Below, piece by piece: positions 7,647 to 17,663 of a stretch of DNA of 64,000 nucleotides (positions are counted from its first letter, which is position 1; every line of letters begins with the position of its first letter). Made by a program: the position numbers and the translations under genes. Where the stretch lies: the NCBI GenBank assembly GCA_965229935.1, contig CBDDKB010000002.1:322178-386177 (forward strand), in the 5' to 3' direction. A model generated the notes under the pieces. It had not been told where the DNA came from. It made no database searches and was given only the letters and a program-made list of their open reading frames with translations. Origin of the DNA: Alphaproteobacteria bacterium. Its GTDB lineage: Bacteria; Pseudomonadota; Alphaproteobacteria; SPJN01.

Positions 7647-10217
7647 ATGCTAGAACAGGGTATGAACAAAAGGGAAGCCCCAACAGCACCGGAAATCGCC
7701 TTACCGTCTGTTATCCATAATTGGTTTATGGGGCGGGGTTGGGCGCCGCGTGCCCACCAGATGGACATGCTGGTCCATGGGCAGGCGGGCAATTCGGCCC
7801 TGTTGATTGCACCCACAGGGGCGGGCAAAACCCTGGCTGGATTTTTGCCCAGCCTGACGGACCTTGTTGAAACAGTGTCCGTCGCGCGGGGGTTAAAGGA
7901 ACGGCCCCACAAACTGCACACGATTTATATTTCGCCCCTAAAGGCCTTGGCGGTTGATGTGCGCCGTAACCTGATTGACCCCGTAACTGAAATGGGCCTC
8001 GACCTCAGGATCGAAACCCGCACGGGTGACACGCCGCAATCGCGCCGCCAACGGCAAAGGCGCTATCCACCCGATATATTGCTGACAACGCCGGAACAAT
8101 TGGCGTTGCTTTTGTCTTACCCGGATGCTGACCGTTTCTTTGGCGATCTTAAATGCATTGTGCTGGATGAATTGCACGCGATTGAGAACACAAAACGCGG
8201 TGATTTGTTGGCGCTGGACCTTGCGCGGCTAACGCATTTTTCCCCCAGTGCAAGACGGGTCGGCCTGTCAGCAACTGTGGCGGAGCCTGATCGGTTGCGC
8301 CGTTATCTTGTGCCGCAAAGTGCAGGAAAGGATCGGCTTGCCGAACTGGTGCGCGGGCAGGCGGGCGCGGTCCCCGAAGTGACTATCCTGAAATCTGCAA
8401 ATGACTTGCCATGGGCGGGCCATTCGTCGGTCTATGCGGTTGAAGACATTCTCGACATGATTGACAGCGCCACGGTTGCGTTGGTTTTCGTCAATACGCG
8501 TAGTCAGGCCGAACGCATGTTTCAGGAATTATGGTCTGCAAATACAAACAATCTGCCGATTGCGCTTCATCACGGTTCGCTATCTGTTGAACAACGGCGC
8601 AAGGTCGAACAGGCAATGATCAATGGCAGCTTGCGCGGCGTCGTTTGTACATCGACGCTTGATCTGGGGATCGACTGGGGCGCGGTTGATCTTGTCATTC
8701 AGGTCGGCGCCCCCAAGGGTGCCAGCCGTATGATGCAACGCATTGGGCGCGCCAATCACCGCCTTGATGAGCCTAGCCAGGCTGTCTTCATCCCCTCAAA
8801 CAGGTTTGAGGCGTTGGAATGTCAGGCCGCAGTCTCTGCGATTGAGGCTGGGCGTCTTGACGGTGCCGCAGAAAAAACAGGCGCGCTTGATGTGTTGGCC
8901 CAGCATGTGATGGGCGTGGCCGTACATGGGCCGTTCAGCCCTGATGCCCTTTATCAGGAGGTGATCAGCGCCGCACCCTATCGCGGTCTGGCGCGGGACA
9001 AGTTTGACAGGATCATCGATTTTGTGGCAACGGGCGGCTATGCGCTGCGTGCCTATGATCGCTATAAACGCCTGACGCCCATCGGCAAGGAAGGCTGGCT
9101 GCGCCTGTCACATCCCAATCATGCGCAAAGTTACCGACAGAATTTGGGAACGATCATCGAAGCGCCTATGTTAAAGGTGCGGCTTGTAAAACAGGCGAGT
9201 AACACGGCACGTCGCGGCCAAGGTAGGGGACGCGGGCGTTATTTGGGCGAGATCGAAGAAATGTTTATCGAACAAATGGCGGCGGGCGACACTTTTTTGT
9301 TCGCAGGCCATGTCCTGCAATATGAGGGGATGTTTGAAACCGATGTGATCGTCACAAAGGGGCAAACGAACGAACCGCGTATCCCATCCTATTATGGGGG
9401 TAAGTTTCCCCTGTCGACCTTTTTGGCCGAAGGGGTTCGCAGCCTGCTGGCCACGCCATCGCGATGGCCCCAATTGCAGGGGCAGGTGCGTGATTGGTTG
9501 ACGCAACAACAATGGCGATCCGTCTTACCGCGCGTTGATCAAATGCTGATCGAAACATTTCCGCGCGGCAATCGGCACTACATGGTGTGCTATCCGTTTG
9601 AGGGGCGATTGGCACATCAAACTTTGGGTATGTTATTGACCCGGCGGCTAGAACGGATGCGATATCGTCCGCTTGGCTTTGTGGCGTCAGACTATGCCAT
9701 TGCTGTATGGGCCTTGCGCGATATGGAGGATGTGGATTTCGCAGCCTTGTTTGACGAAGACATGTTGGGGGATGATCTGGAAAGCTGGCTGGCAGAATCC
9801 TATTTGATGAAGCGTACCTTCAGGGATTGCGCCATCATCGCCGGATTGATTGAACGCAAGCGCGCGGGACAGGAAAAGACCGGGCGTCAAATGACGGTCT
9901 CGTCCGATTTGATCTATGACGTCCTGCAGGCTGAGGAGCCTGAGCATATTTTGCTGGAGGCAACATGGGCCACAGCAGGCAGTGGCTTGATTGATCTGGA
10001 ACGGTTGGCGGACCTGTTGCGCCGCCTTAACGCCGACAATCGGATTTTGCATCGCAGCCTGTCGCGTGTTTCCCCCCTTGCTGTGCCCGTATTGCTCGAC
10101 ATCGGGAAAGAACCTGTGTTCGGTGAGGCGACAGACGATTTGTTGGGGGAGGCGGCTGACGCCCTGATTGAAGAAGCGATGGGCACAGATCTTGAAACAG
10201 GTGTGCTGCCCCTATGA
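7647..10217 (+). CDS. ligase-associated DNA-damage-response DEXH-box helicase (Lhr-core type)
   Basis: Walker A APTGAGKT, DEAH-box LDELH, helicase C motifs (VNTRSQAE, QRIGRANHR). Large C-terminal domain. Start ambiguous: the ORF track starts at 7596, and MLEQ at 7647 or MNKRE at 7662 are more likely. Confidence 0.8.
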   Translation: MLEQGMNKREAPTAPEIALPSVIHNWFMGRGWAPRAHQMDMLVHGQAGNSALLIAPTGAGKTLAGFLPSLTDLVETVSVARGLKERPHKLHTIYISPLKALAVDVRRNLIDPVTEMGLDLRIETRTGDTPQSRRQRQRRYPPDILLTTPEQLALLLSYPDADRFFGDLKCIVLDELHAIENTKRGDLLALDLARLTHFSPSARRVGLSATVAEPDRLRRYLVPQSAGKDRLAELVRGQAGAVPEVTILKSANDLPWAGHSSVYAVEDILDMIDSATVALVFVNTRSQAERMFQELWSANTNNLPIALHHGSLSVEQRRKVEQAMINGSLRGVVCTSTLDLGIDWGAVDLVIQVGAPKGASRMMQRIGRANHRLDEPSQAVFIPSNRFEALECQAAVSAIEAGRLDGAAEKTGALDVLAQHVMGVAVHGPFSPDALYQEVISAAPYRGLARDKFDRIIDFVATGGYALRAYDRYKRLTPIGKEGWLRLSHPNHAQSYRQNLGTIIEAPMLKVRLVKQASNTARRGQGRGRGRYLGEIEEMFIEQMAAGDTFLFAGHVLQYEGMFETDVIVTKGQTNEPRIPSYYGGKFPLSTFLAEGVRSLLATPSRWPQLQGQVRDWLTQQQWRSVLPRVDQMLIETFPRGNRHYMVCYPFEGRLAHQTLGMLLTRRLERMRYRPLGFVASDYAIAVWALRDMEDVDFAALFDEDMLGDDLESWLAESYLMKRTFRDCAIIAGLIERKRAGQEKTGRQMTVSSDLIYDVLQAEEPEHILLEATWATAGSGLIDLERLADLLRRLNADNRILHRSLSRVSPLAVPVLLDIGKEPVFGEATDDLLGEAADALIEEAMGTDLETGVLPL

Positions 10218-10903
10218 CCGCGCCAGCCTACACAATCTCAGTCGCCGGGACGCGCCTAACGCTTGACCGTTTGGGCGCAATTTGGTGGCCTGACAAGAAG
10301 ACGCTTGTTGCAGGCGATCTTCATTTTGAAAAGGCCAGCAGCTTTGCCCAACGCCGGGGGCAGCTATTGCCGCCCTATGATACGGCGCGGACCTTGGGCC
10401 ACATAACACGGTTGATTAATCACTATCAGCCAGATCGGTTCATTGCGCTTGGTGACAGTTTTCATGATGCTGCGGCAGCGGATCGGCTGGCGGACAAGGA
10501 TCGTGACGCCATCAAATCGTTGGCGGAGCGGGTTGAGCTTGTGTGGATTGAGGGGAATCATGACCCCCATCCGCCGCAAGACCTTGGTGGCCAAGTCATG
10601 AGCGAGCTGCGTGACGGGCCGCTGACCTTTCGCCATGAACCGCAGGCAGGCCCCCAAGCGGGCGAGGTGGCGGGCCATCTGCACCCTGTGGGGATGGTGC
10701 GGGTGCGGGGACGGGCGTTGCGGCGGCGGGCCTTTGCCTCAGACGGGCAGCGTTTGATTCTGCCAGCCTTTGGTGCCTTTACAGGCGGGTTGGAGGTAAC
10801 GGATCAGGCCTTTGCGCCCCTGTTCGGCGGGCCGTTTCACGCCCACATGATTGGGCGGGACAGGATTGTGCCAGTTAAATCGACACGCCTGTTAAAGCGT
10901 TAG
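10214..10903 (+). CDS. pdeM: ligase-associated DNA-damage-response metallophosphoesterase PdeM
   Basis: Calcineurin-like motifs GDLHFEK, GDSFHD, EGNHD. 4-nt overlap with the helicase stop, the classic Lhr-PdeM pairing. Confidence 0.75.
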   Translation: MTAPAYTISVAGTRLTLDRLGAIWWPDKKTLVAGDLHFEKASSFAQRRGQLLPPYDTARTLGHITRLINHYQPDRFIALGDSFHDAAAADRLADKDRDAIKSLAERVELVWIEGNHDPHPPQDLGGQVMSELRDGPLTFRHEPQAGPQAGEVAGHLHPVGMVRVRGRALRRRAFASDGQRLILPAFGAFTGGLEVTDQAFAPLFGGPFHAHMIGRDRIVPVKSTRLLKR

Positions 10904-11643
10904 CCGAGTTCGGCCAGTGCAGGGAAATACTCAATCAACCAAAATGACAGGGTTTGGAGTGTGCCGAAGCTGATCAAAACACCTGTCAGCACCAACAAGC
11001 CGCCTGTGATTTTTTCCAGCGTGCCGGTATGGCCACGAAACCGTTTTGCGAAACCCATGAAATGGCGCATGCCATAGGCAGACAATAAAAATGGCAGGCC
11101 AAGCCCGGCGGAATAGACGCTTAGCAACAGCACCCCTTCACTTACGGAATTGTGGCCTGCTGCAATCGCCAAGATCGCGGCTAAAATCGGGCCGATACAG
11201 GGGGTCCAACCAAAGCCGAAGGCAAGCCCAACTACATAGCCGCCAATAAGGCTGGCCGGGCGGGACTGCGTTTGAACGCGTGCCTCACGATCCAGAAAGG
11301 GAATGCGGATTATGTGCATATAATGCAGCCCAAACAGGGCAATCAGCACGCCTGCAATGGGCGACAGGATATGCAGATTAGGCGCAATCAAGGCATTCAG
11401 GGCAGAGGCGCTGGCCCCCAAGGCGATAAAGACCGTCGAAAAACCAAGCACAAAGAATAGCGCCGCCATCATCACCCGGTTGCGAACCATATTGCCGCTA
11501 TCGGCATTGTCCTCCGTCAGCTCATCAAGGCTGGTGCCGCCGACAAAGCATAAATAGCCCGGCACCAACGGCAGCACGCAAGGGGATAAAAAGCTGATCA
11601 GCCCGCCCAGAAAGGCAGCGGTATAGGAAAGTTCAGATGTCAT
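10900..11643 (-). CDS. ccdA: cytochrome c-type biogenesis protein CcdA (DsbD-like thiol-disulfide transporter)
   Basis: 6 TM helices, conserved Cys pair region FLSPCVLPLVPGYL. Confidence 0.8.
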   Translation of the reverse strand: MTSELSYTAAFLGGLISFLSPCVLPLVPGYLCFVGGTSLDELTEDNADSGNMVRNRVMMAALFFVLGFSTVFIALGASASALNALIAPNLHILSPIAGVLIALFGLHYMHIIRIPFLDREARVQTQSRPASLIGGYVVGLAFGFGWTPCIGPILAAILAIAAGHNSVSEGVLLLSVYSAGLGLPFLLSAYGMRHFMGFAKRFRGHTGTLEKITGGLLVLTGVLISFGTLQTLSFWLIEYFPALAELG

Positions 11644-11718
11644 GTTTGGTTTATGCCCTGTCAGGGGCTGTGTGCCAAGACGCGTTCTGTCACGATCGTG
11701 TGACCCGCATGATTTGAG

Positions 11719-12492
11719 CTAGCGTTCCCTGAACAGAACGGCAGTGCCCCACCCGGCAGCAACGGCCAGCAACACCGCCATCAGCCCATAAAGCCATGGC
11801 AGATTATGGGCAAGCCGATAGATCTGAAGCTCAACCCCCACCTTATCGACGAATAGGGGTGAAAATTGCGCCCCGGCGACCTGACCATCACGGATCAGGA
11901 ATGCCTGTACCTTATAGGTGCCGACAGGCACGTTGGCGGGCAATGAGATGCGGGCGCGAAACAGCTTGCCCCCAACAAAGCGAAAGCCCTGATGATCCTC
12001 AAGAAACAAACCATCTTTTGTGCGTGTGCGGACAAGGGCGCTGCGGAAGTCTTGATGGGCCTCGTCAATTTTGATGCTGCCCAATACACGATCTATCCCC
12101 AGTTCATGCCGCCGCAACAATGCGGTGGGGGCGATCTGGTCAAGCGGACGCGTTGATAAAAGCGCATAGAAACCGGGGATGTTTTTAAAATCCACCGCCT
12201 CAGTATTCACCCAAATCGGGCCGACGCGGCTTTTCTTGCGGACGGTCACGTCACTTTGTGGGCCGCGCACAACAATGACGACATCACCACGTTCATCGGC
12301 GGACAGGCTTTTGCCCGGTGCCGCTTCGATCGCGCCAAACAACAACAACTCAGTCCCTGTGAAGGTGGATCGGATGGCGATTTGATGTTGATCAAGGTCA
12401 GCCACCAATGGCTGCTGTGTTTGGGCATACGCGCCTGTTACAAAGCCCATCATTAACAGGCAAAGCCATATGGGAAGGGTGGGGCGCATCAT
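11719..12492 (-). CDS. conserved alphaproteobacterial exported/membrane protein (TIGR02186 / Alph_Pro_TM-like)
   Basis: Signal peptide, C-terminal TM helix. Overlaps the upstream TauE gene by 4 nt, as in the conserved TauE-TIGR02186 pair. Confidence 0.5.
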   Translation of the reverse strand: MMRPTLPIWLCLLMMGFVTGAYAQTQQPLVADLDQHQIAIRSTFTGTELLLFGAIEAAPGKSLSADERGDVVIVVRGPQSDVTVRKKSRVGPIWVNTEAVDFKNIPGFYALLSTRPLDQIAPTALLRRHELGIDRVLGSIKIDEAHQDFRSALVRTRTKDGLFLEDHQGFRFVGGKLFRARISLPANVPVGTYKVQAFLIRDGQVAGAQFSPLFVDKVGVELQIYRLAHNLPWLYGLMAVLLAVAAGWGTAVLFRER

Positions 12493-13403
12493 TTTCCGAC
12501 CGCCAGTGAATAAAGGTCGGCAGGGGTAAGAACAAGATCAAGCCCAAGCTTAAAGCAGACCACAACCACCAAAAGCGCAAGCAGGGCGCGCAGCTGTTCA
12601 GCCTTCATCCGAAGGCCGACCCGCGTGCCGAATTGCGCGCCGATGACCGCGCCCACCACCAGCAATAGGGCAAGTACCACATCAACTGTTTGGTTTGTGC
12701 CTGCATGCAACAGGCCCGCAATGGCGGCAACAAAGATGATTTGAAATAGCGAGGTGCCGATCACCACATTGGTGGGCATCCCCAGAATATAGATCATGGC
12801 AGGGACCATGATAAAACCGCCGCCCACCCCCATAATGGCTGACAGGATGCCAACCGCAAGGCCCAACAGGACGGGCGGAATGGCAGAGATATAAAGCCGG
12901 GATTTGCGGAACCGCATTTTCAGCGGCCATGTGTGAACCCAGTCACGCCGACGCCTGTTCACTTTGGGGGGTGTGCCCGCGCGTGATTTGCGCAGCGTGT
13001 TGAAACTTTCGACCAGCATCAAGCCGCCAACAACGCCAAGAAAGATGACATAGGAAAGCGAGATCAACAGATCAACCTGCCCAAGCGAGCGTAACCATTT
13101 AAAGACAAAGACACCGATAAAGGCACCTGCCGCACCGCCGCCCAGCAGCAGAAACCCCATCTTGAAATCAACGGTACCGCGCCGCCAATGGGCCATGACC
13201 CCGGTTACGGATGAGGCAATGATCTGATTGGATTGTGTGCCGACCGCGACGGCAGGGGGCACACCCGCAAAGATCAAAAGCGGCGTCATCAAAAAGCCGC
13301 CGCCAACCCCGAACATGCCGGATAAGAAGCCAACGCCCGCACCCATGCCCAGCAGCAAAAAAATGCTGACGGACATTTCGGCAATGGGCAGATAGATTTG
13401 CAT
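12489..13403 (-). CDS. sulfite exporter TauE/SafE family permease
   Basis: 304 aa. Two 4-TM repeats with Gly-rich GGGFL motifs. Confidence 0.85.
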   Translation of the reverse strand: MQIYLPIAEMSVSIFLLLGMGAGVGFLSGMFGVGGGFLMTPLLIFAGVPPAVAVGTQSNQIIASSVTGVMAHWRRGTVDFKMGFLLLGGGAAGAFIGVFVFKWLRSLGQVDLLISLSYVIFLGVVGGLMLVESFNTLRKSRAGTPPKVNRRRRDWVHTWPLKMRFRKSRLYISAIPPVLLGLAVGILSAIMGVGGGFIMVPAMIYILGMPTNVVIGTSLFQIIFVAAIAGLLHAGTNQTVDVVLALLLVVGAVIGAQFGTRVGLRMKAEQLRALLALLVVVVCFKLGLDLVLTPADLYSLAVGK

Positions 13404-13486
13404 ATAATCCGAACTTGAATGTAGCGAGTCAGCGCGATTGTGCGCCTGCCGCCTTTTATATGCAAGTCAGCAGAATGGCTTTCCCC

Positions 13487-15841
13487 TTACCCGCACTTGC
13501 TGTGACCGCAGGACAGGCACTTGTCACATCCTTCGCTGCGGATCAGGCTGGGTGCGCCGCATTTGGGGCAGCTTTGCATCCCGGTGACCGGGGCCTGATC
13601 ATCGTTCACCGCACGGGGCAATTCCTGCTGTTCGCTTTCGCGGTCCAGCAGGGGCGCGTCTTCGTCCTTGATAAAGCCGATATCGACCATGTGGCGGCCT
13701 ATGACATCACCGATTGCAGCCAGCAATGAGGGAACATATTTCCCCTTCATCCATGTGCCGCCACGGGGGTCAAAGACCTCCTTCAACTCATCGACGACAA
13801 AGCTGACATCGCCGCCACGACGGAACACGGCAGAGATCATGCGTGTCAGCGCAACGATCCATGCAAAGTGGTCAACATTTTTGGTATTGATGAAAATTTC
13901 AAACGGGCGGCGGCGACCATCCTTAATGATGTCGTTCACGGTGATATACATGGCATGTTCTGAATCTGGCCAGCGGATCTTATAGGTCGTGCCGGGCAAC
14001 ACACCGGGGCGATCCAATGGTTGGGTCATATAGACAACCGCGCCGCCATCCAGTTCGTCTTCGGGTCGTGTTTCAGGTTCATCCAAAGGCAGGCTTGACT
14101 GGTCATCATTTGCAGCCTCAGCCTTTTTCTTGTCCTCGTCCGTTGACAGAACCGATCCTGTGATGTCGTTGGGCCGATAGGTGGTGCAGCCCTTGCAGCC
14201 TGTTTCATAGGCCATCTCATACACTTTTTCGAAGGCTTCAAAGCTGATGTCTTCGGGGCAATTAATGGTCTTAGAGATTGAGCTGTCGACATGCGCCTGC
14301 ACAGCGGCCTGCATCTTGACGTGGTCTGTCGGGGTCAATGTCATAGCATTGACGAAATAGGCGGGCAGTTCGGCCTGCTCCCCATATTTTTTGCGGAACA
14401 GCCGATAGGCATAGTCGCTGACCCGTTCTTCCTGATGGGTCCCATCGGGCAGCAACACTTTGCGCGTATAGCTATAGGCGAACACAGGTTCCAGCCCGCT
14501 GGACACATTATCGGCAAAGAGCGAGATTGTCCCGGTCGGCGCGATAGAGGTTAGAAGCGCATTGCGGACGCCTTTTTCCGCAATGGCGGCGCGCACATCA
14601 TCATCCAGCCCCTCAATATGAAGGCCAGCTAAATAGGCCTGTTTATCAAACAGGGGAAAGGCGCCCTTTTCCGCAGCCAAATCGGCTGAGGCTAGATAGG
14701 CCGCCCGCTCAATCACTTTCAACCAACGCTTGGCCAATGCGGCAGCCTGATCGGAGCCATAGCGGGACCGGCACATGATCAACGCATCACCAAGGCCAGT
14801 GACGCCAAGGCCGATCCGGCGTTTCGCCTGTGCCTCATGCGCCTGTTCTTCAAGTGGAAAGCCTGAGACATCAACCACATTGTCAAGCATGCGCACAGCG
14901 GTCCGCGTCAGTGCTGACAGGGCCGCCTCGTCAATTGTGGCGCTTTCCTCAAAAGGATCGGTCACAAGCCGCGCCAGATTGATGGACCCCAAAAGGCACG
15001 CCCCATAGGGCGGCAATGGTTGTTCACCGCAAGGGTTCGTCGCCGAGATTGATTCACAATAATAGAGATTGTTCTGCTGGTTGATCCGGTCGATGAAAAT
15101 CACGCCCGGTTCTGCATAGGCGAATGTTGACCGCATGATGCTGGCCCACAGGTCACGCGCCTGAACGGTTTTATAGACCGTGCCTTCAAAGGTCAGGTCC
15201 CAAGGCTCATCCGCCTTGACCGCTGCCATAAACGCGTCTGTGACCAGCACAGACAGGTTGAACATGCGCAGCCGCCCCGGCTCACGCTTAACAGTGATAA
15301 ATTCTTCAATGTCCGGGTGGTCACAACGCATGGTCGCCATCATGGCGCCACGGCGGGACCCTGCGGACATAATGGTACGGCACATGCTGTCCCACACATC
15401 CATAAAGGTCAGCGGGCCTGAGGCATCGGCCCCCACGCCCTTAACCGGGGCCCCCTTGGGCCGCAATGTGGAAAAGTCATAACCGATGCCGCCACCCTGC
15501 TGCATGGTCAGGGCCGCTTCTTTCAAATGATCGAAAATGCCGCCCATGTCGTCCGGCACCGTGCCCATGACGAAACAGTTAAACAGGGTGACTTTGCGCT
15601 TTGTCCCCGCGCCAGAAAGAATGCGGCCCGCGGGCAGAAACTTGAAATCATCAAGCGCGTTGAAAAATTCTTCTTCATACGCGGCACGCTTGTCCTCAGG
15701 TTCCGCTGCGGCCAATGCCGCCGCCACGCGGCGCCACGACTCTTCAATGCCCTGATCGATCGGGGTGCCGTCAGGGGCCTTGAAACGGTATTTCATGTCC
15801 CAGATTTGGCGGGAAATCGGGGCAATCGCAGCGCTGGTCAT
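13487..15841 (-). CDS. nrdJ: ribonucleoside-diphosphate reductase class II (adenosylcobalamin-dependent), with C-terminal Cys4 zinc ribbon
   Basis: Active-site region NPCGEQPLPPYGACLLGSINL. C-terminal CPKCG...CDKCLSCG. Start re-called at MTSAAIAPIS (15841); the ORF track begins at 15904. Confidence 0.9.
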   Translation of the reverse strand: MTSAAIAPISRQIWDMKYRFKAPDGTPIDQGIEESWRRVAAALAAAEPEDKRAAYEEEFFNALDDFKFLPAGRILSGAGTKRKVTLFNCFVMGTVPDDMGGIFDHLKEAALTMQQGGGIGYDFSTLRPKGAPVKGVGADASGPLTFMDVWDSMCRTIMSAGSRRGAMMATMRCDHPDIEEFITVKREPGRLRMFNLSVLVTDAFMAAVKADEPWDLTFEGTVYKTVQARDLWASIMRSTFAYAEPGVIFIDRINQQNNLYYCESISATNPCGEQPLPPYGACLLGSINLARLVTDPFEESATIDEAALSALTRTAVRMLDNVVDVSGFPLEEQAHEAQAKRRIGLGVTGLGDALIMCRSRYGSDQAAALAKRWLKVIERAAYLASADLAAEKGAFPLFDKQAYLAGLHIEGLDDDVRAAIAEKGVRNALLTSIAPTGTISLFADNVSSGLEPVFAYSYTRKVLLPDGTHQEERVSDYAYRLFRKKYGEQAELPAYFVNAMTLTPTDHVKMQAAVQAHVDSSISKTINCPEDISFEAFEKVYEMAYETGCKGCTTYRPNDITGSVLSTDEDKKKAEAANDDQSSLPLDEPETRPEDELDGGAVVYMTQPLDRPGVLPGTTYKIRWPDSEHAMYITVNDIIKDGRRRPFEIFINTKNVDHFAWIVALTRMISAVFRRGGDVSFVVDELKEVFDPRGGTWMKGKYVPSLLAAIGDVIGRHMVDIGFIKDEDAPLLDRESEQQELPRAVNDDQAPVTGMQSCPKCGAPSLIRSEGCDKCLSCGHSKCG

Positions 15842-15941
15842 AAATCGGGTCCGCTTGTTCAGGTCTAAATCAGAGGGCAGCCAGTGTAACAGAAAGGCGC
15901 CCAAATTGAAGTAAAAGTTCTTATTATGTACTCATAGCTTA

Positions 15942-15959
15942 TGTGCAGATCAGTGCACA
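15942..15959. promoter_or_regulatory. inverted repeat TGTGCAgatcagTGCACA in the nrdJ 5' region
   Basis: 6-bp perfect arms with 6-bp spacer, about 100 bp upstream of the nrdJ start. Does not match the NrdR-box consensus I know. Confidence 0.2.
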
Positions 15960-16027
15960 ATGATCCAGATCATAAGTCACGAAAATGACAGGAAAATTTA
16001 ACTTATCCCCATTTTGCACAGGGGGGG

Positions 16028-16777
16028 TCAGCGATTGGCCTTTGCCTCTGCGACCAAAATTTCTGTCGCTGACTCAATCTCATCCACAAGCCGCTTCATA
16101 AAGGCCTTGCGTTTTAGGCCCGGTTCGATGGGCGGCAAAACCTCAACCACAATCGTGCCGGTATATTTGGTGAAGCTGCGGCGTCCCCAATAAAGGCCTG
16201 AATTCAGGGCAACGGGTACACAATCAACATCAAGCTTTTTGTATAGCGCTGCGATGCCCGGCTTGTAGTCTGGTGCCTCACCCGGTTCTGCCCGCGTGCC
16301 TTCGGGGAAGATGGCGATGGGCTGGCCCCGATCGATCCTGTCTTTGGCCTGCCGCACCATTTTTTTAAGGGCCGATGCCCCCGAATCGCGATCAACGGCA
16401 ATCATCCCGGTGCGGATGGCAATCCAGCCATAGACCGGAATGGCGGCAAGCTCCTTTTTCAGGACGATGGCAGGGTCTTTGAGCAGCAGGTGCAGGATGA
16501 TCGTATCCCACATGGATTGATGCTTAAGCGCGATCAGTGCAGGCCCGTCAGGCAGATTTTCCCGCCCCCTGATTTCATAGCGAATGCCCGAAACATAGCG
16601 CAGCAGGACCATGACGCCTGCGGCCCAAATTTCCATGGCCCGCACTAATGTGGCGCGCGGGGCAACCATAAATGGCAGGGCCAAAATCGCCGCTGTGGCG
16701 GTCCAAAGCCACATCAGCCCATTGAAGGTGAGGGATCGTAGGATGCGCAGGATCAGCATGATGGCACCGCCATACAA
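16028..16777 (-). CDS. 1-acyl-sn-glycerol-3-phosphate (lysophospholipid) acyltransferase, PlsC family, paralog 1
   Basis: HxxxxD motif KHQSMWD and FPEGTR motif. Confidence 0.8.
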   Translation of the reverse strand: MYGGAIMLILRILRSLTFNGLMWLWTATAAILALPFMVAPRATLVRAMEIWAAGVMVLLRYVSGIRYEIRGRENLPDGPALIALKHQSMWDTIILHLLLKDPAIVLKKELAAIPVYGWIAIRTGMIAVDRDSGASALKKMVRQAKDRIDRGQPIAIFPEGTRAEPGEAPDYKPGIAALYKKLDVDCVPVALNSGLYWGRRSFTKYTGTIVVEVLPPIEPGLKRKAFMKRLVDEIESATEILVAEAKANR

Positions 16778-16918
16778 GCAGCAGGGCCGGGCCGAGATTC
16801 AGATTTGCACATATTGTTCTTTCCCAGCCAACCAATCACCAATCCATTAGATAGACTGTGAGCGGGGCTTTGCCAACCTTAGCGCTTTGTCACATCTGCA
16901 AAAAGCGTAGGCTTGGCG

Positions 16919-17659
16919 CTATGCAGTCTTCGAAAGGCCCAATGCTTCTTCGGCCTCGGCCCGCAGGATGAGGGAGCGTGTTTCGATCCTGTCTTGCAGC
17001 ACCGCCATAAACTCATCCTTCTCAAGGCCCGGTTCGATAATGGGCAGAATCTCAACCTTGATCGTGCCGGGGTTCTTGATGAAGCTGCGGCGCGCCCAAT
17101 ACATGCCGGAGTTCAGGGCGATAGGCACGCAAGGCACGTTCAAATTGGCATACATTTCCCCGATGCCGATTTTATAGTGCGGCTCGTCATAGGGGTCCTT
17201 GCGGGTGCCTTCAGGAAAGATCGCCAAGGAATAATCATTGTCCAAACGGTCCTGCGCATCATCCAGCATTTTTTGCATGGTCTCGCGCCCCTTGCCGCGT
17301 TTCACCGCGATGGACCCAACGCGCATCACCAGCCAGCCAAAGCCGGGGATAAGTGACAATTCATGCTTTAGGATGATGGCCGGGTGTTTTGTGACAAGGC
17401 ACAACAGCATCGTCTCCCACATGGATTGATGCTTAAAGGCATAGATCGCCGGGCCATCGGGCAGGTTTTCCTGACCCGTCACCTCATACTTGATGCCGAC
17501 CAGAATCTTCAGCCAGAAATAATTTACGTGCCCCCAGATGCGGGCAATCAAAAATATATTTTTTCGCGGGCCAAGCATGACCGGCAATCCAAGAATGATC
17601 AGAACAATCGTGGTTGTCCAAAGTGCGATGTTAAACAGGAATGAGCGTACTGCCTGCAT
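16919..17659 (-). CDS. lysophospholipid acyltransferase, PlsC family, paralog 2
   Basis: KHQSMWE and FPEGTR motifs. Roughly 45 % identical to the downstream paralog over its full length. Confidence 0.8.
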   Translation of the reverse strand: MQAVRSFLFNIALWTTTIVLIILGLPVMLGPRKNIFLIARIWGHVNYFWLKILVGIKYEVTGQENLPDGPAIYAFKHQSMWETMLLCLVTKHPAIILKHELSLIPGFGWLVMRVGSIAVKRGKGRETMQKMLDDAQDRLDNDYSLAIFPEGTRKDPYDEPHYKIGIGEMYANLNVPCVPIALNSGMYWARRSFIKNPGTIKVEILPIIEPGLEKDEFMAVLQDRIETRSLILRAEAEEALGLSKTA

Positions 17660-17663
17660 GGCT

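Noticed and set aside
15905-16027. Possible cobalamin riboswitch upstream of nrdJ
   Set aside because: The region is only about 120 nt and AT-rich, and lacks the conserved B12-box. B12 riboswitches normally control B12-independent RNRs, not nrdJ.
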